A stretch of DNA of 64,000 nucleotides. It comes from an uncultured Eubacterium sp. (lineage in GTDB: Bacteria > Bacillota > Clostridia > Lachnospirales > Lachnospiraceae). Made by a program: the position numbers and the translations under genes. Shown in pieces: positions 18,483 through 26,993 of this stretch. Within the stretch, counting starts at the first letter, position 1; each line of letters begins with the position of its first letter. Location: the NCBI GenBank assembly GCA_900547255.1, contig URGC01000001.1, forward strand, positions 308-64,307, in the 5' to 3' direction. The notes below the pieces were generated by a model. The model was not told the DNA's origin, searched no databases, and saw only the letters and a program-made list of their open reading frames with translations.

Positions 18483-19017
18483 CCGCTTAGTGCTTGTTAT
18501 AGGTGGCAGTGGAAGCGGTAAGAGTGAGTTCGCAGAGCATATGGCACTAAAGCTGCATGACTGTAACAGGGGGCATCTGTACTATGTGGCAACCATGGTA
18601 AGCCATGATAAAGAATCTGACGAAAGAATATACCGTCATTTAAGAAGAAGAGATAACACAGCGTTTGAGACAATTGAAAGACCAACAGGAATCGACAGTA
18701 TCGCTGTGCAGGATAAAGATGTCATACTGCTTGAGTGCATGTCTAATCTTCTTGCAAATGAGATGTTTAAAGGCGATATAATAGATAATGAGTGTGTCAC
18801 AAGAATTTTAGATGATGTATACAAGCTTCATAATCAGTGCGATATGGTAATTGTATCCAATGAGGTAAGTCTTGATGGCTGCGAATATGATGATATAACA
18901 AAACAATATATCGCAGATATATCATATATTAACAGAAAGATTGCAGATGTGGCGGACACAGTTGTTGAGGTAGTGGCAGGTATTCCTGTATATATTAAGG
19001 GCAGTGGAGAGAATTAA
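18466..19017 (+). CDS. cobU: Adenosylcobinamide kinase / adenosylcobinamide-phosphate guanylyltransferase
   Basis: ORF 18418..19017. ATG 18466 gives MIEKINRLVLVIGGSGSGKSEFAE (CobU P-loop). Overlaps the cobT end. Confidence 0.85.
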   Translation: MIEKINRLVLVIGGSGSGKSEFAEHMALKLHDCNRGHLYYVATMVSHDKESDERIYRHLRRRDNTAFETIERPTGIDSIAVQDKDVILLECMSNLLANEMFKGDIIDNECVTRILDDVYKLHNQCDMVIVSNEVSLDGCEYDDITKQYIADISYINRKIADVADTVVEVVAGIPVYIKGSGEN

Positions 19018-19790
19018 TGGGTGTAATAAAGGCTTTAATAGCGGCATTTTCAACATTTTCAAGAATCCCGGTTCCAAGTGTAAGACTTGATGAAAAGGAT
19101 TTCCGTTATACATTGTGTGCTTTTCCAGCGATAGGACTTGTGATAGCTCTGCTTGAAATGATTATCTTTAAGATATGTGGCATGGCAGGACTTGGAGATA
19201 TATTAAGAGTGTGCATAATTTGTGCGGTTCCGGTGATTGTTACCGGAGGTATTCATCTTGATGGTTACTGCGATACATGTGATGCCAAATCTTCATACCA
19301 GCCGGCAGATAAGAAGCTTGAGATATTAAAAGACCCTCATATCGGTGCATTTGGAGTGATACGTCTGATAGTACTGATACTGTTCTATGTGGCAGCAGTT
19401 TCAGAGATTAAGAATGTATGGCTGTTTGGTCTGACATTTGTTGTGTCAAGGGCATTTACGGCTATATCGGTTGTAAGCCTTAAATCAGCTAAGAAGACGG
19501 GAATGGGCGCATCGGAGAAGGATAATTCCAATAAAAAAGGAGTTACCATATCGTCTGTGGTATGGATTCTGGTCTGCCTGCTGGCAGGATATATTATATC
19601 TGGTGGTGCAGGTCTTATTACCAGTGCATGTATGATTGTGGCATGTGCGGTAACATATATACTTTATGTGCGCAGCGTATACAAGCAGTTCGGAGGCTTT
19701 ACAGGAGATACCTCTGGCTGGTTTTTATGTGTTATGGAAAATGTAATGGCGTATGTGTGTGTAGTATGCCAATTGTTTATTAATATATGA
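19017..19790 (+). CDS. cobS: Adenosylcobinamide-GDP ribazoletransferase (cobalamin synthase)
   Basis: CobS membrane protein. N-terminus MGVIKALIAAFSTFSRIPVP. Confidence 0.85.
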   Translation: MGVIKALIAAFSTFSRIPVPSVRLDEKDFRYTLCAFPAIGLVIALLEMIIFKICGMAGLGDILRVCIICAVPVIVTGGIHLDGYCDTCDAKSSYQPADKKLEILKDPHIGAFGVIRLIVLILFYVAAVSEIKNVWLFGLTFVVSRAFTAISVVSLKSAKKTGMGASEKDNSNKKGVTISSVVWILVCLLAGYIISGGAGLITSACMIVACAVTYILYVRSVYKQFGGFTGDTSGWFLCVMENVMAYVCVVCQLFINI

Positions 19791-19867
19791 TGTGATGGTA
19801 AAAAGCTGCTGGTGACAGTGCTGTAAAGCTTTGACTGCCAGCATCAAAAATGTTGTGAGGTCATGTT

Positions 19868-20209
19868 ATGATACTTGTGATAGGTGGTTACAGGCAGGGG
19901 AAATTAGATTATGCCAAAGATAATCTTGGTGTGACAGATGTCAATGACGGATGCTTTGGCGAGGCAGACTGCATATATAATCTTGCTTCGATGGTGGATG
20001 ATGAAGCATTTGAGGCAGATCTTAGAAGCTATGTAGACAGCCATCCTAACTGCGTGATTATATGTGATGAGGTTGGCGGTGGAATTGTTCCATTGAAAGA
20101 ACCGGACAGGGCACACCGCGAGAAGGTTGGAAGAACATGCTGTATGCTTGCAAAAGAGGCAGAGGCTGTATACAGAGTGTTCTGTGGAATAGGAGTTAAG
20201 ATAAAGTGA
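19868..20209 (+). CDS. Truncated CobU-like paralog with degenerate P-loop (GGYRQGKL) and conserved CobU C-terminal segment
   Basis: MILVIGGYRQGK... The C-terminus VIICDEVGGGIVPL...GIGVKIK resembles the CobU C-terminus. Only 113 aa. Confidence 0.45.
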   Translation: MILVIGGYRQGKLDYAKDNLGVTDVNDGCFGEADCIYNLASMVDDEAFEADLRSYVDSHPNCVIICDEVGGGIVPLKEPDRAHREKVGRTCCMLAKEAEAVYRVFCGIGVKIK

Positions 20210-20763
20210 TTGTCAGTCTTATACGTCATGGAAAGACACAGGGAAATATAGAAAAACGCTATATAGGAAAGACGGATGAACCGCTTGCCGGCATTGGGAT
20301 AGAGGAACTTAAAAATCATTCATATCCAGATTGTGATATTGTATATACATCACCGATGTTAAGGTGTACACAGACGGCGGAGATTATATATCCAGATAAG
20401 AAGAAAGTTATAATTGATGAATTTAGGGAATGTGATTTCGGAGTGTTTGAGGGACATAATTATAGTGAATTATCTGGCAATCCATTATATCAGCAGTGGA
20501 TTGATTCGTATGGAACGATGGATTTCCCGGAAGGCGAGAGAATAGAGGATTTCAAGGAAAGAATATTCAATGCATTTAACGGACTTATAGCACGCACAGA
20601 AAAGAAAAATATCGCAATTGTTGCACATGGTGGTACTATAATGACTTTGCTCGAGCATTTTGAAGAAAAACACGACTATTATGCGTGGCAGGCAGGTAAT
20701 GGCTGTGGATTTGTGTGCGAGTACAATGGTGGAATAATTAAGGTGACAGGGAAGATAGAGTGA
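20206..20763 (+). CDS. cobC: Alpha-ribazole phosphatase (histidine phosphatase family)
   Basis: RHG catalytic motif (LIRHGKTQGN) and phosphoglycerate-mutase-like fold, in a cobamide operon context. Confidence 0.7.
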   Translation: MIVSLIRHGKTQGNIEKRYIGKTDEPLAGIGIEELKNHSYPDCDIVYTSPMLRCTQTAEIIYPDKKKVIIDEFRECDFGVFEGHNYSELSGNPLYQQWIDSYGTMDFPEGERIEDFKERIFNAFNGLIARTEKKNIAIVAHGGTIMTLLEHFEEKHDYYAWQAGNGCGFVCEYNGGIIKVTGKIE

Positions 20764-20764
20764 T

Positions 20765-21748
20765 ATGGCACATTTTATTGGCTTATCGGTAATTGGAATG
20801 GTGGCAGGATATATTCTTGATATATTATTCGGCGACCCATATATTTCGTGGCATCCTGTAAGACTTATAGGAATGCTTATATCAAAGTATGAAAAAATCC
20901 TCTATAAAGGCAGTGATTCCAAGAAACTGAGGCGTATGGGAAGGCTACTTGTGTGTCTTGTGACAGCGACAGTTTTTATATGCGTTGAATTGATAAGAGG
21001 CATTTCATATGTAATACATCCAGTTCTTTTTGTTGTGGCAGAAGCGGTTCTTATATGGTTCGGGCTTGCACAGACTTCTTTGAAGAAAGAGAGCATGAAG
21101 GTATATGACGCATTTGCAGAAAATGACACTGAGAAGGCAAGGCATGCGGTATCAATGATTGTAGGGCGTGATACAGCAAAGCTTGATGAAGCAGGAATTA
21201 TGAGGGCGGCAGTCGAGACTGTGGCAGAGAATACATCTGACGGTGTGACAGCACCTTTGTTTTATGCGGCATTTTTCGGGGCGGCAGGAGAGTATGTATA
21301 CAAGGCGGTCAACACAATGGACTCGATGGTTGGCTACAAGAATGACAGATATATTGATTTTGGAAGATGTGCGGCAAAGCTTGATGATGTGTTTAATTAT
21401 ATACCTTCAAGAATATCGGCATTGCTTATGATTGCAGCTTCGTGTATTCTTGGAATGGATTATAATAATGCTTACAGGATATTTAAAAGGGACAGATTTA
21501 AACACGCAAGCCCTAATTCAGCCCAGACTGAGAGCGTGTGTGCAGGTGCGCTTGGACTTAAGCTGGCAGGGGATGCATGGTATGGCGGTGTCCTTTTTAA
21601 GAAAGATTATATCGGTGATGAGGTAAAAAAGATTGACTGCGAAGATATAAAACGCGCCTGTAAGCTTATGAACGTTACAGGAGCAGAATCATTCATATTG
21701 GCAGTGATTGCAAGATGCGTTATTATTGTATTGTTTATGTCAGCATGA
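20765..21748 (+). CDS. cbiB: Adenosylcobinamide-phosphate synthase
   Basis: CbiB/CobD membrane protein family. Confidence 0.85.
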   Translation: MAHFIGLSVIGMVAGYILDILFGDPYISWHPVRLIGMLISKYEKILYKGSDSKKLRRMGRLLVCLVTATVFICVELIRGISYVIHPVLFVVAEAVLIWFGLAQTSLKKESMKVYDAFAENDTEKARHAVSMIVGRDTAKLDEAGIMRAAVETVAENTSDGVTAPLFYAAFFGAAGEYVYKAVNTMDSMVGYKNDRYIDFGRCAAKLDDVFNYIPSRISALLMIAASCILGMDYNNAYRIFKRDRFKHASPNSAQTESVCAGALGLKLAGDAWYGGVLFKKDYIGDEVKKIDCEDIKRACKLMNVTGAESFILAVIARCVIIVLFMSA

Positions 21749-21773
21749 TAATTATTTTAAGGGGAGAAAATAT

Positions 21774-22889
21774 ATGCTATTAAGAGAAAGAAATGTACAT
21801 GGTGGAAACTATAATGATAAAGGATATGTAGATATGTCCGTTAATATCAATCCATTTGGCACACCGGAAAAAGTTATGAACGCTATGCAGGAGGCATTAG
21901 GCGAGGTGGGGGCATACCCGGATACGCATTGTAATGAACTTGTGGCTAAACTTAGCAGGAAAGTTGCATTGCCACGCGAATGTATTATATGTGGCAATGG
22001 GGCTGCTGAGCTTATATATAATTATGCTGCAGCACTTGGTCCTGGTGCCGAGGCACTTATATATGCACCAGCATTTGCAGAATATGAGAGAGCATTGTTG
22101 GCTTATGGAGTGAATGTTAATTATCATATACTTGATGAAAGGCATGGATTTAAAATGCAGATGCGGGATATAGACGAGGCTGAGATTGCACATGCAGATG
22201 CGGTCTTTATCTGTATGCCGTCTAATCCGGCAGGACAGATTATAGAAAGAAGTGTGCTTGAAAGCCTGCTGTGCGCATGTGAGAGGAATCACACAAGATG
22301 TCTGCTTGATATGTGCTTTTATGAATTGACCACAGATTACAATGAATGTTTTCCTATATATCTTGTTAACCAGTACAGTACTATGTGCTTATTGTCAACA
22401 TTTACCAAGACATATGCGATACCGGGAGTGAGAATTGGATATATACTGAGCCATGATACACAGATGATGCGGCTGATGAGCCAGAGGCAGCAGTGCTGGA
22501 ATGTGTCAGTCATAGCACAGAGGGCTGGAATAGCATGTCTTGAATGCAGCAAAGATTATGCAAACGCTTCAAGAGCATATATTGATAAAGAAAGAGAATA
22601 TATATATAACAATCTTTTAGAGCTTGTTGATAAAGTGTACAAGTCAGATGCCAACTATATACTGTTCTATGATAAATATATAACAAGTCAGATGCTTAAT
22701 GAATATGGCATACAGATTAGAAACTGCTTTGATTATATGGGATTAGAAATGGGATATTACAGAGTATGTGTCGGAAAACATGATGACAATGTGAAATTCA
22801 TCGAGGCACTTAAAGATATCAAAGAAAAGAGGCAGGAACATGGGGAAGAGAAAAGCGAGACCAATTATGATTCAGGGAACCATGTCTAA
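21774..22889 (+). CDS. cobD: L-threonine-O-3-phosphate decarboxylase (class I/II aminotransferase fold)
   Basis: ORF 21708 has a TTG start. ATG 21774 follows AAGGGGAGAAAA. PLP aminotransferase family in cobamide context. Confidence 0.75.
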   Translation: MLLRERNVHGGNYNDKGYVDMSVNINPFGTPEKVMNAMQEALGEVGAYPDTHCNELVAKLSRKVALPRECIICGNGAAELIYNYAAALGPGAEALIYAPAFAEYERALLAYGVNVNYHILDERHGFKMQMRDIDEAEIAHADAVFICMPSNPAGQIIERSVLESLLCACERNHTRCLLDMCFYELTTDYNECFPIYLVNQYSTMCLLSTFTKTYAIPGVRIGYILSHDTQMMRLMSQRQQCWNVSVIAQRAGIACLECSKDYANASRAYIDKEREYIYNNLLELVDKVYKSDANYILFYDKYITSQMLNEYGIQIRNCFDYMGLEMGYYRVCVGKHDDNVKFIEALKDIKEKRQEHGEEKSETNYDSGNHV

Positions 22890-24306
22890 TGCCGGGAAGA
22901 GTATTCTGTGTACTGCGCTTTGCAGGATATTTGCACAGGATGGCTACAGGGTTGCTCCGTTCAAGTCACAGAACATGGCTCTCAATTCATTTATAACAAA
23001 GGATGGATATGAGATGGGGCGTGCCCAGGCGGTTCAGGCGGAGGCAGCAGGAAAAGCTCCTGACGTATATATGAATCCGGTGCTTTTAAAGCCAACTACT
23101 GATGTGGGCTCGCAGGTTATTGTCAATGGAAAGTCAATTGGCAACATGAAGGCTGTTGACTACTATGCGTATAAGAAAAAGCTTATACCTGACATATTAG
23201 AGGCTTATGACAGGCTTGCCGAAGATAACGATATAATAGTTATTGAGGGAGCAGGAAGTCCGGCTGAGATTAACTTAAAGCAGGATGATATAGTCAATAT
23301 GGGGCTCGCAAAGCTTGTGGATGCGCCGGTGCTTCTTGTCGGTGATATAGACAGGGGCGGTGTGTTTGCACAGCTATATGGAACGGTAAAGCTGCTTGAA
23401 AAGAGCGAGGCTGACCATATAAAGGGGTATATAATCAACAAATTCCGTGGTGACGTGAGGCTTTTGCAGAGCGGGCTTGATGAGATGACAAGTCTTATAG
23501 ATATTCCATGTGCCGGGGTTGTGCCTTATGCCTATGTCGATATAGATGACGAGGACAGCCAGAGTGAAAAGCTTGAGAATACAGGCGGTGCAGACTATAA
23601 GCCGCTTATTGATATAGCGGTTATTAAGCTTCCACGGATGAGCAATTACACAGACTTTAACACGCTGGCAAGATATGATGGCGTTAATGTGAGATATGTA
23701 AGTGATGCATCTAAGCTAAGAAATCCAGATGCGGTTATTATTCCGGGGACAAAGAGTACTGTCAGTGATATGAAGTGGCTCCGTGAGAATGGCATGGAAT
23801 GTGCAGTGAAAAAGCTTATAGATAAAGGCGTTCCGGTTATCGGAATATGTGGAGGATTACAGATTCTTGGAAAGAATATTGTGGATAAATGTGGTGCTGA
23901 GAGTGACGGAAGTATCACAGGCATGGAAGTACTTGATATAGACACAGTATTTAATTCAGAAAAAAAGCAGTGCCAGACCGACACTGTAATAGAAGGACTT
24001 GACGGAATCTATGCCGGATTTAACGGAACCAAGGTGCATGGCTACGAGATGCACATGGGCATAAGCAGTAAAGATAAATACTTTATCCAGAAAGAAAATG
24101 TCCTTGCAACGTATATACATGGTTGCTTTGATGATGGACTTGATGATAAACTAATAGATATGCTTTTCAGACTGAAGAGATTGGACAGAGATAACGTCAA
24201 TAAAAAATCTTTTTCTGAGTACAGACAGGAGCAGTACGATATACTTGCTAATGTTGTAAGAGACAGTCTGGATATGAATATGATTTATAAAGTGCTTGGA
24301 CTATGA
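22840..24306 (+). CDS. cobQ: Cobyric acid synthase
   Basis: MIQGTMSNAGKS P-loop and GATase domain. The start may be ATG 22867 instead. Confidence 0.85.
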   Translation: MGKRKARPIMIQGTMSNAGKSILCTALCRIFAQDGYRVAPFKSQNMALNSFITKDGYEMGRAQAVQAEAAGKAPDVYMNPVLLKPTTDVGSQVIVNGKSIGNMKAVDYYAYKKKLIPDILEAYDRLAEDNDIIVIEGAGSPAEINLKQDDIVNMGLAKLVDAPVLLVGDIDRGGVFAQLYGTVKLLEKSEADHIKGYIINKFRGDVRLLQSGLDEMTSLIDIPCAGVVPYAYVDIDDEDSQSEKLENTGGADYKPLIDIAVIKLPRMSNYTDFNTLARYDGVNVRYVSDASKLRNPDAVIIPGTKSTVSDMKWLRENGMECAVKKLIDKGVPVIGICGGLQILGKNIVDKCGAESDGSITGMEVLDIDTVFNSEKKQCQTDTVIEGLDGIYAGFNGTKVHGYEMHMGISSKDKYFIQKENVLATYIHGCFDDGLDDKLIDMLFRLKRLDRDNVNKKSFSEYRQEQYDILANVVRDSLDMNMIYKVLGL

Positions 24307-24340
24307 ATATGACAGCACGGATTATGACCTGGAGGAAGTT

Positions 24341-25867
24341 ATGAAGAAGAACATTTTAAGCAGAATGCTGGTACTGCTTATGGTAACAGCAGCTTTGTGT
24401 ACAGCCTTTACAGGATGTGGCGCAAAGGACACGAATGAGGAAGACAGAACAACATTTACAGTTGGATTTGATGCGGAATTCCCACCATATGGCTACAAGG
24501 ACACTGATGGCAACTATGTCGGATTTGACTTGGACCTTGCAGAGGAAGTGGCTAAGAGGAATGGCTGGACACTTGTCAAGCAGCCTATTGACTGGGATTC
24601 TAAAGATATGGAGCTTAATTCTGGCTCGATAGACTGTATATGGAATGGATTCACCCTTAATGGAAGAGAGAAGGACTATACATGGTCAACAGCCTATATT
24701 GATAACTCTCAGGTCGTTATCGTTAAGAATGATTCAGATATTAAGAAGCTCTCAGACCTTGCTGGCAAAAATGTTGTTGTGCAGTCTGATTCATCAGCAC
24801 TTGCCGCATTTACAGGCGAGGATGCGACAGAGGATAATATCAGGCTGTGTGCTTCATTTAAGAGTCTTACACAGGTTGGCGATTATAACAGTGCTTTCAT
24901 GAATCTCGAAGCTGGTTCGGTTGATGCTATATGTATGGATATAGGTGTGGCAAGCTACCAGATTAAGCAGAGAGGCGGCAAGTTTACAATTTTGCCTGAA
25001 AATGTGTCAAGCGAGCAGTATGGTATCGGCTTCAAGCTTGGCAACACAGCACTCCGTGACAAGGTTCAGGTTTCACTTAATGAGATGTTAAGTGATGGAA
25101 CATTTGCTTCAATTGCGGATAAATGGGAATTATCAGACAGCGTATGCCTTGGCAAGGCAGGAACAGACAGTGCATATCTTCAGGATGCACAGGGTAAGGA
25201 AGGCAGCTCATTTGGAGCTAAATTTGTATACATAGTAGGACAGCTTGCCAAGGGCATGCTTTCAACAGTATCAATATTCCTCCTCACACTTATCTTTTCA
25301 CTTCCATTAGGACTTCTTGTGTGCTTCGTAAGAATGTCAAAGCTGGCTGTGCCAAGATGGATTGCCAAGATATACATATCAATCATGAGAGGTACACCTC
25401 TTATGTTACAGCTTCTTGTTGTGTTCTTCGGCCCATACTTCTTATTTGGCGTGAAGGTTTCATCACAGTATAGATTTACTGCTGTAATAATTGGTTTTGC
25501 ACTTAATTATGCAGCGTACTTTGCAGAGATATACCGTTCAGGAATTGAGAGTATTCCTGCCGGACAGTATGAGGCTGCGGATGTTTTAGGATACACTAAG
25601 ACACAGACATTTGTAAGAATAATATTCCCTCAGATGGTTAAGCACGTGCTTCCACCTGTAACTAACGAGGTTATAACACTTGTAAAGGATACATCTCTTG
25701 CGTTTGCGCTTGCTTATACTGAGATGTTCACCCTTGCAAAACAGCTTGTTGCGGCAGAGGCGAGCATGATGCCATTGTTTATAGCGGGTCTGTTCTATTA
25801 TATCTTTAATTTCGTTGTTGCTTTGATTATGGAACGTATTGAAAAGAAGATGCAGTATTACAGATAG
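24341..25867 (+). CDS. Amino-acid ABC transporter, fused substrate-binding lipoprotein + permease (PAAT family)
   Basis: ORF 24296..25867. The start MKKNILS has a lipobox TGCG. An SBP_bac_3 domain is followed by a His/Glu/Gln/Arg permease domain. Confidence 0.8.
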   Translation: MKKNILSRMLVLLMVTAALCTAFTGCGAKDTNEEDRTTFTVGFDAEFPPYGYKDTDGNYVGFDLDLAEEVAKRNGWTLVKQPIDWDSKDMELNSGSIDCIWNGFTLNGREKDYTWSTAYIDNSQVVIVKNDSDIKKLSDLAGKNVVVQSDSSALAAFTGEDATEDNIRLCASFKSLTQVGDYNSAFMNLEAGSVDAICMDIGVASYQIKQRGGKFTILPENVSSEQYGIGFKLGNTALRDKVQVSLNEMLSDGTFASIADKWELSDSVCLGKAGTDSAYLQDAQGKEGSSFGAKFVYIVGQLAKGMLSTVSIFLLTLIFSLPLGLLVCFVRMSKLAVPRWIAKIYISIMRGTPLMLQLLVVFFGPYFLFGVKVSSQYRFTAVIIGFALNYAAYFAEIYRSGIESIPAGQYEAADVLGYTKTQTFVRIIFPQMVKHVLPPVTNEVITLVKDTSLAFALAYTEMFTLAKQLVAAEASMMPLFIAGLFYYIFNFVVALIMERIEKKMQYYR

Positions 25868-25881
25868 GAGGCATATGAGAG

Positions 25882-26640
25882 ATGAAATTACTTGAAATAA
25901 ATAATCTTGGAAAGAGCTTTGGAGAAAATGAGGTCTTAAAGGATATAACAATGAGTGTTGATAAGGGCGAGGTTGTAGCTATCATAGGTCCATCTGGCTC
26001 TGGTAAATCAACACTTCTTAGATGTGCCACACTCCTTGAGACTATGGACAAGGGAAGCCTTAAGATCGGTGGAAGGCTTGTTGCAACTGATACTAATGGC
26101 AAGTCAGAATATGTATCGAAGAATGAGTTAAGACAGATAAAGAGCCTTTTCGGGCTTGTATTCCAGCAGTTTAACTTATTCCCACATTACACAGTTCTTA
26201 AAAATGTTATGGATGCGCCGGTTGTTGTTGAAAAGAGGAACAAAGCGGATGTTGAGAAGGAAGCAAGGGAGCTTCTTTTAAAGGTAGGTCTCGAGGGCAA
26301 GGAGAACAGTTACCCATGCCATCTTTCAGGTGGACAGCAGCAGAGAGTTGCCATAGCAAGGGCACTTGCCATGAATCCTGAGATACTTTTCTTCGATGAG
26401 CCTACATCAGCACTTGACCCTGAGATAACAGCGGGTATTCTTAAAGTTTTAAAGCAGCTCGCTGCTGAGAAGATGACAATGGTTATAGTTACACATGAGA
26501 TTGACTTTGCAAGAAAGGTTGCTGACAGGGTTATCTTCATGGATGGAGGGGTTATTGTGGAGCAGGGTGCGCCGAAGGATGTGCTGGATAATCCGTCCAA
26601 TGAAAGAACAAAGGCATTCCTGCAAAAACTTGATTTGTAA
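25882..26640 (+). CDS. Amino-acid ABC transporter ATP-binding protein (GlnQ-like)
   Basis: Walker A GPSGSGKST, signature LSGGQQQRVAIARAL and Walker B FFDEPTSALD. Confidence 0.9.
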   Translation: MKLLEINNLGKSFGENEVLKDITMSVDKGEVVAIIGPSGSGKSTLLRCATLLETMDKGSLKIGGRLVATDTNGKSEYVSKNELRQIKSLFGLVFQQFNLFPHYTVLKNVMDAPVVVEKRNKADVEKEARELLLKVGLEGKENSYPCHLSGGQQQRVAIARALAMNPEILFFDEPTSALDPEITAGILKVLKQLAAEKMTMVIVTHEIDFARKVADRVIFMDGGVIVEQGAPKDVLDNPSNERTKAFLQKLDL

Positions 26641-26700
26641 TAAAGGGAAAAATCTCCTGCATGCTGGCACCGGCTATAGGCTGTGGCGGTCTGACCGTCC

Positions 26701-26920
26701 CACAGTCTGACAGCGGTATGCGCATATATAATTAATTCAGGTCCTTTGTGTCTAGCTACTCTAAGGCTGGCACGACAAAGCTTATTAAATCCGCCTCGCT
26801 AAAAACGCACTTCGTTTGGACGTTTAGCAGGCGGATTAGCTTTTGTCTAGCACCAGCCTAAGAGTAGCACGACAGTCGTCAGGAATTAATTATATATACG
26901 CATACCGCTGTCAGGCTGTG
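26701..26920. repeat. Copy 1 of a ~220-bp structured palindromic intergenic element
   Basis: Outer 38-bp inverted repeat (26701-26738 / 26883-26920) encloses a ~145-bp imperfect palindrome. It shares identical GGCACGACAAAGCTT and GCTAAAAACGCACTTCGTTTGGACGTTTAGCAG runs with 57079-57297. Confidence 0.7.
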
Positions 26921-26993
26921 GAAGTTTTACTTGTATTTTTGGTGGGAAGTCTTTATAATCTAGGTATGTATACTTTGACGCGGAGGATGGCGT

